57,196 bases of DNA from a bacterium. Lineage in GTDB: Bacteria; Patescibacteriota; Patescibacteriia; Patescibacteriales; UBA12465. The notes below the pieces were generated by a model. That model worked only from the letters and a program-made list of their open reading frames with translations. It was not told where the DNA came from and made no database searches. The stretch covers positions 1-57,196 of the forward strand of contig JAJZRB010000006.1 in the NCBI GenBank assembly GCA_021806615.1, given 5' to 3'. Shown here piece by piece: positions 39,785 through 48,104 of this stretch. The translations under genes were made by a program, and so were the position numbers. Each line of letters starts with the position of its first letter. The stretch's first letter is position 1.

Positions 39785-40841
39785 ATCTCTTTATTATCTC
39801 CACTTCTCCCTTATCGGCGTCTACCTCGATCAAGCTGCCGTCCGGGATTGATTTCGTCGCCGACTCCAGGCCGACGACACAGGGTTTCTTGACCTCCCGG
39901 GCGGTTATGGCGGCGTGGCAAAGCCGGCCGCCGGCATCGGTTATAAAGGCGGACGATAAATTGATCAACGGCAGATATTCCGGGCGGGTCATAGAAGTTA
40001 CTAATATATCTCCACTATTAAAGGTCTTTCTTTGAAAAGGATCTAAGATTATTCTAGCAATGCCTCTGATGCGTCCCGGGTAGGCGGAAAGTCCCCGAAG
40101 AGGGCCATAGCTCCTTTTCATCAGGGCATTATCCAGGCTAACCGCCGGAGATCCTATCAATAGTTCATCTTTCCCATGGTTAAAAAATATAGTGGATATT
40201 TCAAAACGTCTTTCTAATTCCTTCTTGCTAATGGGGATCTCGCCTCTCTTGAGAAGGGTGTCAAACTCGTCGTCAGATAAGCATAAGATCAGTTCCGGCT
40301 TATAATCATATTTCTTGCCGATCTTAGCCGCTAGCTTTTCCATGAATTTTTCAGTATCGGCATAGACATTTTCTGAATACAGCCTAGCGGAAGCTAGCGG
40401 GGACAAAAATTTAGACATCAGCTCGTCGGGCAAGTAATCGACGACTTTTTTCACGGCAAAATTATAAGCTCCAAAATCGATAAACTTATCAAGAAACCTA
40501 TGATATTCATCAAGAGACAATAAGCGCCCGGACAAGGACGCCATGATCTTATTGATACCGCGGGTGGCGGCCTTGATATTCTTAATCCAAATTAAAATCA
40601 GCGTCTCCTCAGCCCTTACTCTGCCCGCCAACTCCCGGCCTAATTTATTCAGTTCTCGCCTGGAAAAGTAGCAAGTGCTGAAACCCCGCCTGACAGTTAT
40701 AATAGAATGTTTCAAATTTACACCTAAATAATCATGGATTCTTCTGGAGTATTGTTTACCCAAATAGTGGCAGGTCAAAACGCTCCAATGACCGGCCCAA
40801 TTTTTTATCCAAATATCTTTTTTTATCTTAGCCAGATCCAT
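39777..40841 (-). CDS. Protein with an unassigned ~250-aa N-terminal region and a C-terminal PEP-utilizer phosphohistidine (swivel) domain
   Basis: C-terminus GDILVTSMTRPEYLPLINLSSAFITDAGGRLCHAAITAREVKKPCVVG...GSLIEVDADKGEV. No ATP-grasp or PEP/pyruvate-binding TIM-barrel motifs are visible. Confidence 0.75.
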   Translation of the reverse strand: MDLAKIKKDIWIKNWAGHWSVLTCHYLGKQYSRRIHDYLGVNLKHSIITVRRGFSTCYFSRRELNKLGRELAGRVRAEETLILIWIKNIKAATRGINKIMASLSGRLLSLDEYHRFLDKFIDFGAYNFAVKKVVDYLPDELMSKFLSPLASARLYSENVYADTEKFMEKLAAKIGKKYDYKPELILCLSDDEFDTLLKRGEIPISKKELERRFEISTIFFNHGKDELLIGSPAVSLDNALMKRSYGPLRGLSAYPGRIRGIARIILDPFQRKTFNSGDILVTSMTRPEYLPLINLSSAFITDAGGRLCHAAITAREVKKPCVVGLESATKSIPDGSLIEVDADKGEVEIIKRYV

Positions 40842-40842
40842 A

Positions 40843-41883
40843 TCAGGTGGCGGGATTAAATTTAGAATAATTCTTTAAGATTCTGACAAAACCGACGCGA
40901 GCATTGACTTCTACCAAATCCCCGTCTTTCAATAGCTTGGTTGCCTCTTTGGTTGATATAAGGCACGGCTTATTCAGCTCCCTAGCTACGATGGCGGCGT
41001 GACAGATGATACCTCCTTCATCAGTGATGACAGCCGCGGCTCGATTTATAGCTGGCAACATATCGACGGTTGTCATCGGGGCGACCATAATATCTCCTTT
41101 CTCGACTTTAGAGAGATCTCGAATGGAAAAGATGATCTTGGCCCGGCCGATCGCTAGGCCACGATGAGCTATCTGTCCCATGATGCTGCCTCCGACAGTC
41201 TTCGCTTCCTCTTCCCTGAAAATAAGATGTTTTTTCTGGCTATATTTTTTCAAACTTTCGATCTGGCGATAGCCGTCTGACGTATAAATATATTGCGCGA
41301 ATCTTAACCGGCACTCTCTCAAGCTAGGCGGGCTAACTATATCTTCTAGGCCTAAAACGTTCACGTACGTTTTTAATCTGGGGAAAATCTTGATCAGGGT
41401 ATTCCTCAGGACAGAATTATTATTCACGAAAAAATGATCCTCCGCTCTCAGCTGCGAAGCGAAATCCTTGACACGACCGGATAGTCGGCGATCATCGCCG
41501 ATATAGGAAATAAGCAGGTCTCCGACCATAGCGACAGAAATCTCAATCACGAATCGGCTCAGTTCCTGCTTGCTACCCAAAGACCCTCGTTTCCAAATCT
41601 TATCCAGACGCCGCAACGTTTTTTCATATTCCTTCAAAAAAGAAAAGGCTTTTTTAGGGTGTAAACGGCAGAATTTAACTAATTCCTTCTTTATATGGCG
41701 AACCGCGGAAACGTTTTCCCAGACTTCAATCACTCCGTTATTGATATAATCGACAACCGCCGGAGACTCTTTAACGCGAATATTGAATTGGCTGAGTCCA
41801 TTATGGAGACGGGACCACAGCTGCTGAATAATGAGGGTGGTGTCTCTGGTATATATTTTTTGAAAAATATGCTTGCTTTTCAT
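40843..41883 (-). CDS. Paralogue of the 39777..40841 product: unassigned N-terminal region plus PEP-utilizer swivel domain
   Basis: C-terminus GDIMVAPMTTVDMLPAINRAAAVITDEGGIICHAAIVARELNKPCLIS...GDLVEVNARVG. It has the same length class and is separated from its paralogue by 1 nt. Confidence 0.75.
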   Translation of the reverse strand: MKSKHIFQKIYTRDTTLIIQQLWSRLHNGLSQFNIRVKESPAVVDYINNGVIEVWENVSAVRHIKKELVKFCRLHPKKAFSFLKEYEKTLRRLDKIWKRGSLGSKQELSRFVIEISVAMVGDLLISYIGDDRRLSGRVKDFASQLRAEDHFFVNNNSVLRNTLIKIFPRLKTYVNVLGLEDIVSPPSLRECRLRFAQYIYTSDGYRQIESLKKYSQKKHLIFREEEAKTVGGSIMGQIAHRGLAIGRAKIIFSIRDLSKVEKGDIMVAPMTTVDMLPAINRAAAVITDEGGIICHAAIVARELNKPCLISTKEATKLLKDGDLVEVNARVGFVRILKNYSKFNPAT

Positions 41884-41889
41884 ATGGAA

Positions 41890-41918
41890 ATTATATCAAA
41901 AAACCGCCTAAATGGCGA
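41890..41918 (-). promoter_or_regulatory. Candidate promoter giving a leaderless mRNA for the 41883 gene
   Basis: On the minus strand, TATAAT (41890-41895) ends 6 nt before the ATG. TCGCCA lies 17 nt upstream. Confidence 0.35.
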
Positions 41919-41929
41919 TTTTGTAAATA

Positions 41930-42003
41930 TGGCTGCGAGACCTGGATTCGAACCAGGATAAACGGCTTCAAAGGCCGCTGTCCTACCGTTAGACGATCTC
42001 GCA
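41930..42003 (-). tRNA. tRNA-Gln (anticodon UUG), CCA encoded
   Basis: Manual fold of the minus strand: acceptor TGCGAGA/TCTCGCA, anticodon stem GCGGC/GCCGT, loop CTTTGAA, T arm CCTGG-TTCGAAT-CCAGG, 3-prime G-CCA. Confidence 0.88.
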
Positions 42004-42015
42004 ATCATCAGGTAA

Positions 42016-42039
42016 TAAAATATCCTCAAAGAGGATATT
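42016..42039 (-). terminator. Hairpin terminator after ftsX
   Basis: A perfect 9-bp stem AATATCCTC/GAGGATATT with a 3-nt loop, followed on the minus-strand RNA by UUAUUA. Confidence 0.5.
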
Positions 42040-42064
42040 ATTAAAAATTACATGAAATGTCAAA

Positions 42065-42973
42065 CTAAATACGCGCGTATTTGCGGACGGCAAAAAGGCT
42101 GGCCAGGACGTTAATAGCGACTACTACCAAGAATTGCGTACCGAAGATCAAGAAAAAATTATCCACGAAATAAGATAAAATATTTATATCATAACCCGTA
42201 AAAAAAGCCTCTAAATACGGCTGCAGAAGAGTCAGGAATGGATAAAAGACTGAAATGATGATCAAGACGCTGATGAGGGCATAAACAATAGCCGAAAACA
42301 AATAGGGCATGTAAATGAAGAAGTTAGAGGCACCGACGAGCCGCATTATTTCTATCTCCTGGCGATGCGTATAAATCGCAACCCGGATGGCATTATAAAC
42401 CACGAGCAAGCTGGTCAGGATAAAAATAGAGATGACGAATAAACCGACCTGATTGACCCGGTTAGTGATGCCGCTAATCTTGTTTAAAATAGCGGTATTA
42501 TCGGAAAAATCTCGCGATTCTATAATGGGCGTATCAATCATCTTCAGGTTATTGATAAGTAATTCTGACTCGTCAAAATTCTTAGGAATGATCGTCAAGC
42601 TCGGCGATAAAGGATTGCGCCCTAATTCTTTCAAAGCGGCCAATACGGCCTGATCATTCTGATATTTTTGCCGGAAAGCATCGATCGCACTCTGTTTGGA
42701 CACATAAATGACGTTCTTTACCTGCGGCAAAGCGGCTACTCTAGCCTTCAAAGCCATGATTTCAGTCTCCACTGTATCCGGTTTGATATAAAGGCTGATA
42801 TCGATTTTTTCCTTGATGGCCGTAACGGCGTTATCGCTGATCAAGCGGACAGTTATCAGGGTATTTATGGAAAACAAAGCGAGAAGCAGGATGGTCACCG
42901 TCACGATGGTCAGCCAGATATTCCTAACGATATCTTGAAAGCTGAATTTGATAATACGATAAAGCGATAACAT
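42065..42973 (-). CDS. ftsX: Cell division permease-like protein FtsX
   Basis: 302 aa. It has 4 TM helices with a large first extracytoplasmic loop and lies directly after ftsE. Confidence 0.88.
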   Translation of the reverse strand: MLSLYRIIKFSFQDIVRNIWLTIVTVTILLLALFSINTLITVRLISDNAVTAIKEKIDISLYIKPDTVETEIMALKARVAALPQVKNVIYVSKQSAIDAFRQKYQNDQAVLAALKELGRNPLSPSLTIIPKNFDESELLINNLKMIDTPIIESRDFSDNTAILNKISGITNRVNQVGLFVISIFILTSLLVVYNAIRVAIYTHRQEIEIMRLVGASNFFIYMPYLFSAIVYALISVLIIISVFYPFLTLLQPYLEAFFTGYDINILSYFVDNFFLIFGTQFLVVVAINVLASLFAVRKYARI

Positions 42974-42984
42974 AATTTTTTCTT

Positions 42985-43665
42985 CTAGAGTAAATATTTG
43001 CCATGCTCCTGGTCGCTGATGACTTGGCCGTGCTCCATGGCGATAACCCGCTTATTCAAACGGTTGACGATATCCTTATTATGCGTGACAAGGATGACGG
43101 TCGTTCCGAATTTATTGATACGGAGCAAAAGATCAATAATTTCATTAGCATTTATCGCATCTAAATTGCCAGTCGGCTCATCGGCTAATAATATTTTCGG
43201 CTGATGGACTAAAGCGCGGGCAATGGCCGCTCTTTGCTGTTCGCCGCCGGAAACCTCGTTCGGGTAGCGGTTCTTCTTATCGTCTAAGCCGACTATCTTC
43301 AAAACGCTCGGCACTATTTTCTTTATTTTCGCCGGACGACCGCCAGAAACTTGCAGGGCGAAGGAAACGTTTTCTTCTAATGTCTTCTTCGGCAACAACT
43401 TGAAATCCTGGAAAATAACTCCGATTTGCCGACGCAAATAAGGCACTTCCCGTTTGCTGATCCGGGTAATATCCCAATCTCCGACGCTGACCCGGCCGGA
43501 ATCTACCCGCTCTTCGCCTATCAGCAGGCGGACTAAGGTCGTCTTCCCGGCGCCGCTCTGGCCGACGATGGAAACAAATTCGCCCGGCTTGACGGCTAGG
43601 CTGACATTCTGTAAGACTTTTATTTTATTGCCGTAGGTCTTGGAAATGTTTTCCAGCTTGATCAT
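42985..43665 (-). CDS. ftsE: Cell division ABC ATPase FtsE
   Basis: Walker A GQSGAGKTT, signature VSGGEQQR, Walker B ILLADEPTGNLD. Confidence 0.92.
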   Translation of the reverse strand: MIKLENISKTYGNKIKVLQNVSLAVKPGEFVSIVGQSGAGKTTLVRLLIGEERVDSGRVSVGDWDITRISKREVPYLRRQIGVIFQDFKLLPKKTLEENVSFALQVSGGRPAKIKKIVPSVLKIVGLDDKKNRYPNEVSGGEQQRAAIARALVHQPKILLADEPTGNLDAINANEIIDLLLRINKFGTTVILVTHNKDIVNRLNKRVIAMEHGQVISDQEHGKYLL

Positions 43666-43691
43666 AGACGTAAGATATATTTTGGCGCAGA

Positions 43692-45188
43692 TTATTTCTT
43701 AATGAGACGTTCGCCGTAACGGATCAATTGTTCATTATCCAGGAAATTATTCGCTCGGCTGCTGGAGCCGAAATTGACGGAAATAAGATTCCCTTGAGGC
43801 GTAGCCACTCGTGTCATCAGACAGTACCCGGCCTCATCCAGATAACCGGTCTTGGAACCGATGATCTGATAAGTGTTCGTGCGCAGCAATTGATTGGTAT
43901 TGGTCAAAGTGTGAGCCTTTTTGGTGTTCCGGGTTTTGAAGCTATAGCGTTCGGTCGTACTGATTTTTTTAAGAAGCGGGTTCTTGAAAACTTCTTTAGT
44001 TATTATAGCATAATTAAATGGAGAACTCACATTCTTAGGGGATAGGCCGGTCGGTTCGATAAAATGCGTAGAAGAAGCGCCCCATTTTTTTACTTCTTGA
44101 TTCATCAGATCAATGAATTTATCCCGAGATAGTCCACTAACGCGCACTAAGCTTTCTATGGCATTGTTCGCGGAACCGACTAAAGCGCTATAAAGGAGGT
44201 CTCCTACCGATAGGGTCTCTCCGTCCCTTACTTTCAGGCGGGCTGATTCGCCGGGAGAACAATAACGATTATTATACTCTTCATCCGCCTTCTTATACGT
44301 GACGATTTTGTCCAAACTAGGTTTCGTGTCCAAAAAAATCTTAGCAGCCACTAGTTTGGTCAGGCTGGCCAGAGGCGAGACGGTGTCAGGATTTTTTCCC
44401 CAAAGTATCTGGCCGTCCTTTTCCAGCATGATAACAGCCGAAGAGGCGGTCAGCTGCAGCTCGCTCGTCGTCTGCGGCACCGCTTTTTTAGCTTCCGGAA
44501 TCACTATCTTAAGCGGCTCTACTCTGACCGAAATCAGGCCATCGGCCGTGGAAGCGATACGGCTGAAAGCGACCTTATCTAAATCAACCACTCTATCCGG
44601 ATGTTTCCCGCGATCCGGGCCCCAATCATTAACCGTGACATCTACATATTTATTATTAGCTAAATTATAGACTCTCAAAACCGACCCTTTCGCAAAATCA
44701 GGCGAGGCGGTAAACAGGCCGTTCTTGAATTTATACCAGCTGGCCTGGCCGACCGTCATCAGGTCGGGATTAGACAAGACTATCAAGCGCCCCGATGTAG
44801 AAACCGTCGTCGCGGAGACGTACCTTTCGTTAGGCGAATCTTCGGTTTTAAGCGGCCACCATTTGCCGCCCACCGGATCATAAGCATAAATCTGTTTGAA
44901 ATAACCATTCTTTTCCGGATAATATATGCGTACGGTCAGCGGCCGGCTCGGGTCATAAAAGCCGGCGGTCGTAAAAGCATAGTCGTAAGCCGGCGTCAGA
45001 GCTTCCTTTTCCCAGGGCAAGCCGGACACATTGGGATCAGCAGAAATATCCAAAGTAACAGGAGCGGTAAAAGCCGAAATATCATACTTTATTTGCAAAG
45101 CGCCGGCATTTTCCGCGCGGCCGGCTAAGGGGACAATAAATAAAAATAATCCGATAAGCCAAAAGAATTTTCTAGATTTCATAATCAT
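43692..45188 (-). CDS. Secreted fusion of an RlpA-like double-psi beta-barrel domain and an S11 D-alanyl-D-alanine carboxypeptidase
   Basis: Signal peptide. The DPBB segment is GQASWYKF...SVLRVYNLANNKYVDVTVNDWGPD. The S11 motifs are ASLTK (SxxK), GSANN (SxN) and SKTGY (KTG). Confidence 0.8.
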   Translation of the reverse strand: MIMKSRKFFWLIGLFLFIVPLAGRAENAGALQIKYDISAFTAPVTLDISADPNVSGLPWEKEALTPAYDYAFTTAGFYDPSRPLTVRIYYPEKNGYFKQIYAYDPVGGKWWPLKTEDSPNERYVSATTVSTSGRLIVLSNPDLMTVGQASWYKFKNGLFTASPDFAKGSVLRVYNLANNKYVDVTVNDWGPDRGKHPDRVVDLDKVAFSRIASTADGLISVRVEPLKIVIPEAKKAVPQTTSELQLTASSAVIMLEKDGQILWGKNPDTVSPLASLTKLVAAKIFLDTKPSLDKIVTYKKADEEYNNRYCSPGESARLKVRDGETLSVGDLLYSALVGSANNAIESLVRVSGLSRDKFIDLMNQEVKKWGASSTHFIEPTGLSPKNVSSPFNYAIITKEVFKNPLLKKISTTERYSFKTRNTKKAHTLTNTNQLLRTNTYQIIGSKTGYLDEAGYCLMTRVATPQGNLISVNFGSSSRANNFLDNEQLIRYGERLIKK

Positions 45189-45198
45189 AAGGCACTGA

Positions 45199-45228
45199 TT
45201 GACTAAAATGATTTAATAAGTCTATAAT
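45199..45228 (+). promoter_or_regulatory. Sigma70-type promoter for the tRNA-Gly/tRNA-Thr pair
   Basis: TTGACT (45199-45204), an 18 nt spacer, then TATAAT (45223-45228). It ends 14 nt before the tRNA-Gly 5-prime end. Confidence 0.6.
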
Positions 45229-45242
45229 ATTACACGATTAAA

Positions 45243-45314
45243 GCGGGTGTCGTATAATGGTCATTACATCAGCTTCCCAAGCTGAGGAAGGCGGTCCGAT
45301 TCCGCTCACCCGCT
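45243..45314 (+). tRNA. tRNA-Gly (anticodon CCC)
   Basis: Manual fold: acceptor GCGGGTG/CACCCGC, anticodon stem TCAGC/GCTGA, loop TTCCCAA, T arm GGCGG-TCCGATT-CCGCT. CCA is not encoded. Confidence 0.8.
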
Positions 45315-45357
45315 CCCGTAAATAAATTTCCGGGCGCTAAACTAATTTCCATCTATT

Positions 45358-45430
45358 GCCGAGATAGCTCAGCTGGTAGAGCAACGCACTCGTAACGCGT
45401 AGGTCAGGGGTCCGAATCCCCTTCTCGGCT
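45358..45430 (+). tRNA. tRNA-Thr (anticodon CGU)
   Basis: Manual fold: acceptor GCCGAGA/TCTCGGC, D arm GCTC-AGCTGGTA-GAGC, anticodon loop CTCGTAA, T arm AGGGG-TCCGAAT-CCCCT. CCA is not encoded. Confidence 0.85.
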
Positions 45431-45861
45431 CAATTAAAAAAATAATGCCACCATTTCTGCAGATTATTGCCAGCGCTGGCGGTCGTGGTGGCCGAAGTCT
45501 CATCAATATCAATTTTTTTATCTTCCACGACGATCACTCCTTCGCCAGGTTTTTTTAAATTCAAATTCAGGCGCGCCTGTTCCTCTAAAGATTGATCTGA
45601 TTGCAAATATGCGACTAAATCCTTCAGCTGCCTGTTCTGGCTTTCAAACCCGTTGATCTGGCTTTTGACATCGGCGATTTCCTTTTCCACCAAACGGCGC
45701 TGGCTATAAGTTTTAGCGAGCGGAAATATTATAACGACTAGAAAAACTAGGCCGATGATAGCCAAAAAACGCTGGCTAGAAACCAGACGATAGAAGAAAT
45801 TATCGGATGACGATCCCGCCACTGGATTTAAAACGCGCGGATGGTTTTTATTTTTTATCAT
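45430..45861 (-). CDS. Septum formation initiator (FtsB/DivIC family)
   Basis: 143 aa. A single TM helix is followed by a coiled coil and the family tail EEQARLNLNLKKPGEGVIVV. Confidence 0.8.
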   Translation of the reverse strand: MIKNKNHPRVLNPVAGSSSDNFFYRLVSSQRFLAIIGLVFLVVIIFPLAKTYSQRRLVEKEIADVKSQINGFESQNRQLKDLVAYLQSDQSLEEQARLNLNLKKPGEGVIVVEDKKIDIDETSATTTASAGNNLQKWWHYFFN

Positions 45862-45869
45862 TGTTTACT

Positions 45870-45878
45870 ATTATAGCA
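45870..45878 (-). promoter_or_regulatory. Extended -10 element (TGcTATAAT) giving a near-leaderless ftsB-like mRNA
   Basis: The minus strand reads TGCTATAAT and ends 8 nt before the ATG at 45861. Confidence 0.45.
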
Positions 45879-45906
45879 CAAAAACCCGCGCCGCTAAACC
45901 AAAAAA

Positions 45907-47502
45907 TTAACGGGTCTTAGGAGTGACCCAAAATCCCATATATTTACCGAGCATCAGGCGAATTTGCGCTTCTAAACAAGGCACCGCCCCGAAAATTATA
46001 ATAGTTACCGGAACAGCCAGCCACTCCAAACTCATCATTATCCTTTTCCAAAAACTATATTCTTGCGGTTTCTTCGGCAACAACAAAGCGGAGACGACCG
46101 CGGATAATACCAGCCCGATCATAGCGACGCTCATTAGATTCTGGGTAACCGAAGGAAGATTCCCTGAGAGGACGGTGGAATTAAAGCGATCTCCGCCCAG
46201 GAGCATCGGCAGCCAGCCGACGATAGCGATAATCAGGGCGTTGGTCGCCCAGGCGTTAAAACCATAAATCTGGATTATGATATGGCCGATTATTTTTTTC
46301 TTATCGAAATCTCGATTATGCCAGCGCTTACCGGCATTGAATAATAAATATGGAATATTTTCACCCCCCCAAGCCCAACGTCGTTGCTGTTTATAAAGGC
46401 TCTTAGCCGTCTTCCACAAGCTTTCATCGTGAGTCACGTCCATAGATAGTTCATAGTAAATAGGCTCTACCCGATAATGCCCGTCATAATACATGAGGCA
46501 ATGCCAAAATATCCGAGAATCTTCAGAGACATTCGTGGTTGACCAAAAACCTATTTCTGATAACGCCTGCCAAGTCATGGAGTGGGAAGAATAAGTAACC
46601 AGGCTCTCTTGGCGGACCTGCATTATCATCTGCCAGAAAGTATTGGATGAGGCGGCGACACGTGAAAAAAACGGGGCGTTCCAAATATTATTATGGTAAA
46701 CCGGAACCGGCTGATAACTGGTATGGTAAGGATCGCTTACCGTTAAAAATTTATAAGAAAGGGCGAAAAAATAGCCGGGCTGGACAACGGTATCAATATC
46801 AAAGACGCTCACCAGGATCTTGGCATAATCCAATCTTTCTGGATCGATGATCTCGGCTTTAGCCTGCTTGGCCGCCCAAGCTTGGTTCGCTCCTTTGCCT
46901 TTCAATTCGTTCGGCAAACCATCGGGATGGAAGCTGACGATAAAACGTCCGAATTTAGAGGAAAATTCCTGACGCATTATCTCGGCTCGGCGTCGAGCGT
47001 CTTCGCCGGCCCGCTCTTCCATAGCTAAGGCGATAATAAATCTTTCGGGCGGAAATCCGTCAGCCAAGAGAGAAGAGAGGGCTGTACGCAATATATCCAA
47101 ACTCTCATTGACATTAGGCAAAATGATCAAATGCCATAAATTATCCCAAGATATTCCTTGTCGAGCCAAGCAATCAGCCGGTAAATCATCTGATCCGGAC
47201 TGATCGTCTACCAGCGCCAAGCATTTTTGGCGCCAATCGGTCCGAAGTCCGACCTGTAAACGATGGTATGAAGTAATCAAGAATATAGCCATATAAATAA
47301 CCAGGAGTAACCAGTAGACATCGAACGCGATAATAAAATAAGCCACCCACACTGGCTTAAAATAAGATAAGATTGATAATAAAAGAAGGGAAAAAATCGA
47401 TAAAAATCCGGGAAAAATTTCTAATAACCGATAAATTCGGCGATCACGGCCGCTTAAATCAGTCGCTTTGCCTATTTTCAGATAATTAATAGCTTGTTCC
47501 AT
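45907..47502 (-). CDS. Membrane-embedded processive-type GT2 glycosyltransferase (cellulose/chitin-synthase-like)
   Basis: N- and C-terminal TM helices flank a cytoplasmic GT-A domain. Motifs are VFDIDTV (DxD), NVSEDSRIF (TED-like) and KQQRRWAWG (QxxRW). Confidence 0.75.
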   Translation of the reverse strand: MEQAINYLKIGKATDLSGRDRRIYRLLEIFPGFLSIFSLLLLSILSYFKPVWVAYFIIAFDVYWLLLVIYMAIFLITSYHRLQVGLRTDWRQKCLALVDDQSGSDDLPADCLARQGISWDNLWHLIILPNVNESLDILRTALSSLLADGFPPERFIIALAMEERAGEDARRRAEIMRQEFSSKFGRFIVSFHPDGLPNELKGKGANQAWAAKQAKAEIIDPERLDYAKILVSVFDIDTVVQPGYFFALSYKFLTVSDPYHTSYQPVPVYHNNIWNAPFFSRVAASSNTFWQMIMQVRQESLVTYSSHSMTWQALSEIGFWSTTNVSEDSRIFWHCLMYYDGHYRVEPIYYELSMDVTHDESLWKTAKSLYKQQRRWAWGGENIPYLLFNAGKRWHNRDFDKKKIIGHIIIQIYGFNAWATNALIIAIVGWLPMLLGGDRFNSTVLSGNLPSVTQNLMSVAMIGLVLSAVVSALLLPKKPQEYSFWKRIMMSLEWLAVPVTIIIFGAVPCLEAQIRLMLGKYMGFWVTPKTR

Positions 47503-47528
47503 AGTATTTAGACGGCTCTAGCCCAATC

Positions 47529-48101
47529 CTAGACGACACCTCTTCGTTTTAGCTCAAAAAAGCAATCGGCGCAAGCTTTGACGTCAAAAACCGCATCATG
47601 AGCCTCGGGAAAACTGCTAGAAAATAAGCAATGATAAAGCTCGGTCAAATTCGGCCATTTATAGCTGCCGCGGCCGTTGGGAAGGCGGCAGTACTGGACG
47701 CTGCTTTTCATGGTACAAATTTTATCGGCTGACGATAGAAAATTAGGGAGAGATTCCCGCAATAATTCGGCGCCGACTATCTTCTCATCAAAATCTATGT
47801 TATGAGCGACAAGGTGGGCAGCACCTTTGACGTCCCGTAAAAAATGCTCCAAGGCTGAGTGAAGCTTGACTCCGTCTCTCAAGGCTCGCTCCTGAGAAAT
47901 GCGATGAATTTTCGTAGATTCCGGCGGGATGATAAAGCCTTCCGGCTTAATAATATAGTTATAGCTCTCCCATTGATTACCCTCGGCGTCATATAAGCTC
48001 CAAGCGATCTGGACGATACGCGGCCAATTTAAAAAATCATCAAGCGGCGCTTGATAATTACGAGGCAGACCGGTGGTTTCCGTATCAAAAAATAAATACA
48101 T
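47529..48101 (-). CDS. DEDDh 3-prime to 5-prime exonuclease (DnaQ/epsilon-like)
   Basis: Exo I FFDTETTGLP, Exo II AHNIDFDEKI, Exo III HDAVFDV. Confidence 0.88.
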   Translation of the reverse strand: MYLFFDTETTGLPRNYQAPLDDFLNWPRIVQIAWSLYDAEGNQWESYNYIIKPEGFIIPPESTKIHRISQERALRDGVKLHSALEHFLRDVKGAAHLVAHNIDFDEKIVGAELLRESLPNFLSSADKICTMKSSVQYCRLPNGRGSYKWPNLTELYHCLFSSSFPEAHDAVFDVKACADCFFELKRRGVV

Positions 48102-48104
48102 AAT

